The notes beneath the pieces were generated by a model. That model was not told the DNA's origin. It did no database searches and saw nothing but the letters and a program-made list of their open reading frames with translations. A stretch of DNA of 35,939 nt, from positions 1 to 35,939 of the forward strand of contig JBDSYI010000507.1 in assembly GCA_039925745.1 (NCBI GenBank), written 5' to 3'. This stretch comes from Casimicrobium sp. GTDB lineage: Bacteria; Pseudomonadota; Gammaproteobacteria; Burkholderiales; Casimicrobiaceae. A program made the translations under genes and the position numbers. Positions within the stretch are counted from its first letter, which is position 1. Every line of letters begins with the position of its first letter. Below, piece by piece: positions 33,946-35,939 of the stretch.

Positions 33946-35364
33946 ATGACTATTCTTGAAACTGACTACCTGGTTGTGGGCAGCGGTGCAGTCGGTATGG
34001 CCTTCGCTGATGTGCTGTTTTACGAGACCAGTGCGCGCATGGTGATCGTTGATCGGCACCACGGCCCCGGCGGACATTGGAACGATGCGTATCCGTTCGT
34101 TCGTTTGCATCAGCCGTCGGCCTACTATGGTGTGAATTCGCGCAGACTGGGCGGTGAGATTCGCGATGCGACTCGCCTGAATTTGGGTATGTGTCATCGG
34201 GCTACTGGTGCTGAACTGCTGAGTTATTACGAGCAGCTTATGCAGGTATTTTTGGCATCGGGTCGGGTTCAATATTTTCCGATGTGCAACTACGTAGGCG
34301 ACTACAAAACCCACCATGCGTTCCAGTCCATGATGTCGGGGGAAGCACAAAGTGTCAACGTCCAGAAAAAAATCGTAGATACGTCCTACCTGAACACGTC
34401 TGTTCCGTCGACGCATCCTCCGAAATACGCCATCGCGTCTGGCGTCAAATGCGTGCCGCTGAACGAGTTGCCGCGCGTGAAAAAGGCACCCTCCGGCTAC
34501 GTCGTGGTGGGCGCCGGAAAGACCGGCATTGACGCGGCGCTTTGGCTGCTCGACAACGGCGTTGCGCCGAAAGATATTTGCTGGATCATGCCGCGAGACG
34601 CGTGGTTAGTGGATCGCGCCAATGTGCAGCCGGGCGAAGAGTTTTTCACACAGTCCTACGGTTCCTTCGCCACACAAATGGAAGTGCTCGCACAGGCAGA
34701 ATCAGTAGACGAGCTTTTCTTGAAGCTGGAGGCCAACGGTCAACTGTTGCGCTTTGACAAAGCCGTTCAGCCCACCATGTATCACGGTGCTGTGGTTTCG
34801 CAGGCGGAGCTGGTGGAGCTGCGTCAGATCAAGAATATCGTGCGGCTCGGCCGCGTGCAACGCATCGAAACAGATCGTATTGTTCTGGCGCTAGGAACGG
34901 TGTCATCCGACCCGGATCGTCTTTATGTCGACTGCTCCGCAAGCGCGGTCGAGCGGCGACCGATCGTGCCGATTTTCGAAGGCTACAAGATTACGCCGCA
35001 GATGGTACGCACGTTTCAGCCAACGTTCAGCGGCGCGCTGATTGCGCACGTCGAGGCAACCTACGGTGGCAGTATGAGCGACGCCGAAATGAACGAACTG
35101 TGCTCAGTGATTCCGATGCCAGATCGACCGTTTCACTGGCTCACGATGCTGGCTGTGAACATGGCAAACCAGCGGCGCTGGTCGAAAAACGCTGAGTTGC
35201 GGCGCTGGATTGCCAACTCGCGACTCGACGCGTTTACGGCCATGGCCAATCGCGTCATGCCCGATGAAACCGACAAACTCGCCCTGCTGCAGCGTTATGG
35301 AAAAAGTGCAGGTCTAGCGGCTGCAAAATTGCAGCAGCTTTTGGCTGAAAATACCGCTGCGTAG
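33946..35364 (+). CDS. FAD/NAD(P)-dependent oxidoreductase of unknown function
   Basis: DYLVVGSGAVG, GGHWNDAYPFVRLHQPS, second Rossmann motif VVVGAGKTG.D. Confidence 0.85.
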   Translation: MTILETDYLVVGSGAVGMAFADVLFYETSARMVIVDRHHGPGGHWNDAYPFVRLHQPSAYYGVNSRRLGGEIRDATRLNLGMCHRATGAELLSYYEQLMQVFLASGRVQYFPMCNYVGDYKTHHAFQSMMSGEAQSVNVQKKIVDTSYLNTSVPSTHPPKYAIASGVKCVPLNELPRVKKAPSGYVVVGAGKTGIDAALWLLDNGVAPKDICWIMPRDAWLVDRANVQPGEEFFTQSYGSFATQMEVLAQAESVDELFLKLEANGQLLRFDKAVQPTMYHGAVVSQAELVELRQIKNIVRLGRVQRIETDRIVLALGTVSSDPDRLYVDCSASAVERRPIVPIFEGYKITPQMVRTFQPTFSGALIAHVEATYGGSMSDAEMNELCSVIPMPDRPFHWLTMLAVNMANQRRWSKNAELRRWIANSRLDAFTAMANRVMPDETDKLALLQRYGKSAGLAAAKLQQLLAENTAA

Positions 35365-35372
35365 GGGATAAG

Positions 35373-35411
35373 GCGATTTTTTAGCTAAAGTCGGTTTGCG
35401 CAAAAAATCGC
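35373..35411. terminator. 10-bp inverted repeat after the oxidoreductase
   Basis: GCGATTTTTT...AAAAAATCGC with a 19-nt loop, between convergent ORFs. Confidence 0.4.
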
Positions 35412-35442
35412 TGATCTCCCTTGTGCACTTGTGATTGCAGCG

Positions 35443-35660
35443 CTAAGCTGTTAGTGTCAAATCCTTCAACCATTGTGTCATTTCTGCCACGGCTTCTTCA
35501 TACGACAGCGCTCGTCCCGCTATGACTATGGCCGCATAAGTGTCGGTGCCGAGCGCCGCGGAGGCTTGTTCCACCAGCGGTGCCAGGAACGCCGCATCTG
35601 GCAAGTCTCGGTGCCGGCCCATTTGCACCGTGTGTAGGTTCGCCGCTGCGTCGAAGCGTG
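35443..35660 (-). pseudogene. Remnant C-terminus of a TPR/ATPase-type regulator (5' boundary approximate)
   Basis: ...ASAALGTDTYAAIVIAGRALSYEEAVAEM resembles the 'LG..aF..a...GRaLs.eeAva.a' tail of STAND-like ATPase/TPR proteins. Upstream translation loses protein-like character. Confidence 0.5.
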
Positions 35661-35939
35661 CTTTCTGAAGCTCTGCCTTACTCGGCTGTAACGATTTTGA
35701 GCCATGACTGAACCCGACGGTCGCGCGATCCATCGGCACGCCAGCGACGCGGCCCGGCCCGAGGCAATCACGGGGCAGAGGCATTTGACCTTGCCTGCAC
35801 GGTATAGCTTTTCTATAAAAGTACCATTTCACTAGGGCTAGCCGTCTATTTGTTTAATACTCGACATTTGTATTTATTGGCGTTCAGCCCCCTAATAGCG
35901 GTTGTTTCATGAAAAAGCTGTTTGTGTAGAAGCGCGTTC

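Noticed and set aside
32691-34416. Long antisense ORFs (277 aa and 295 aa) and similar shadow ORFs across the window
   Set aside because: They overlap well-supported genes on the other strand or frame and lack motifs, as expected in GC-rich coding DNA.

Overview
Betaproteobacterial-type chromosomal window (inferred from the efp/earP pair, split pntA, zwf-hexR and pssA-leuA). Left to right: (1) a TetR-controlled NIPSNAP + Tat-exported sugar ABC module; (2) an orphan family-5 ABC binding protein, pntAa-pntAb-pntB, an EamA exporter, an HDAC-family deacetylase with a His-rich CDF pump, and an HExxH protein; (3) earP-efp, tal / zwf-hexR, pssA, leuA with a Leu-rich leader ORF, GST and an Ldh_2-family dehydrogenase; (4) an uncharacterised minus-strand operon VanZ - DedA/flavin disulfide reductase fusion - DUF547 - ATP-grasp - DUF3047; (5) a divergent phthalate 4,5-dioxygenase cluster (ophA2-ophC / ophA1-ophB-ophR) with an extra FAD oxidoreductase; (6) a gene remnant at the right end. 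Best candidates for new biology: the operon in (4), the 52-codon leuA leader, and a HexR-like box in front of earP-efp. Three degenerate REP-like doublets were seen. No tRNA, rRNA, CRISPR array or transposase was seen. All family calls come from motif recognition by eye; no searches were run.
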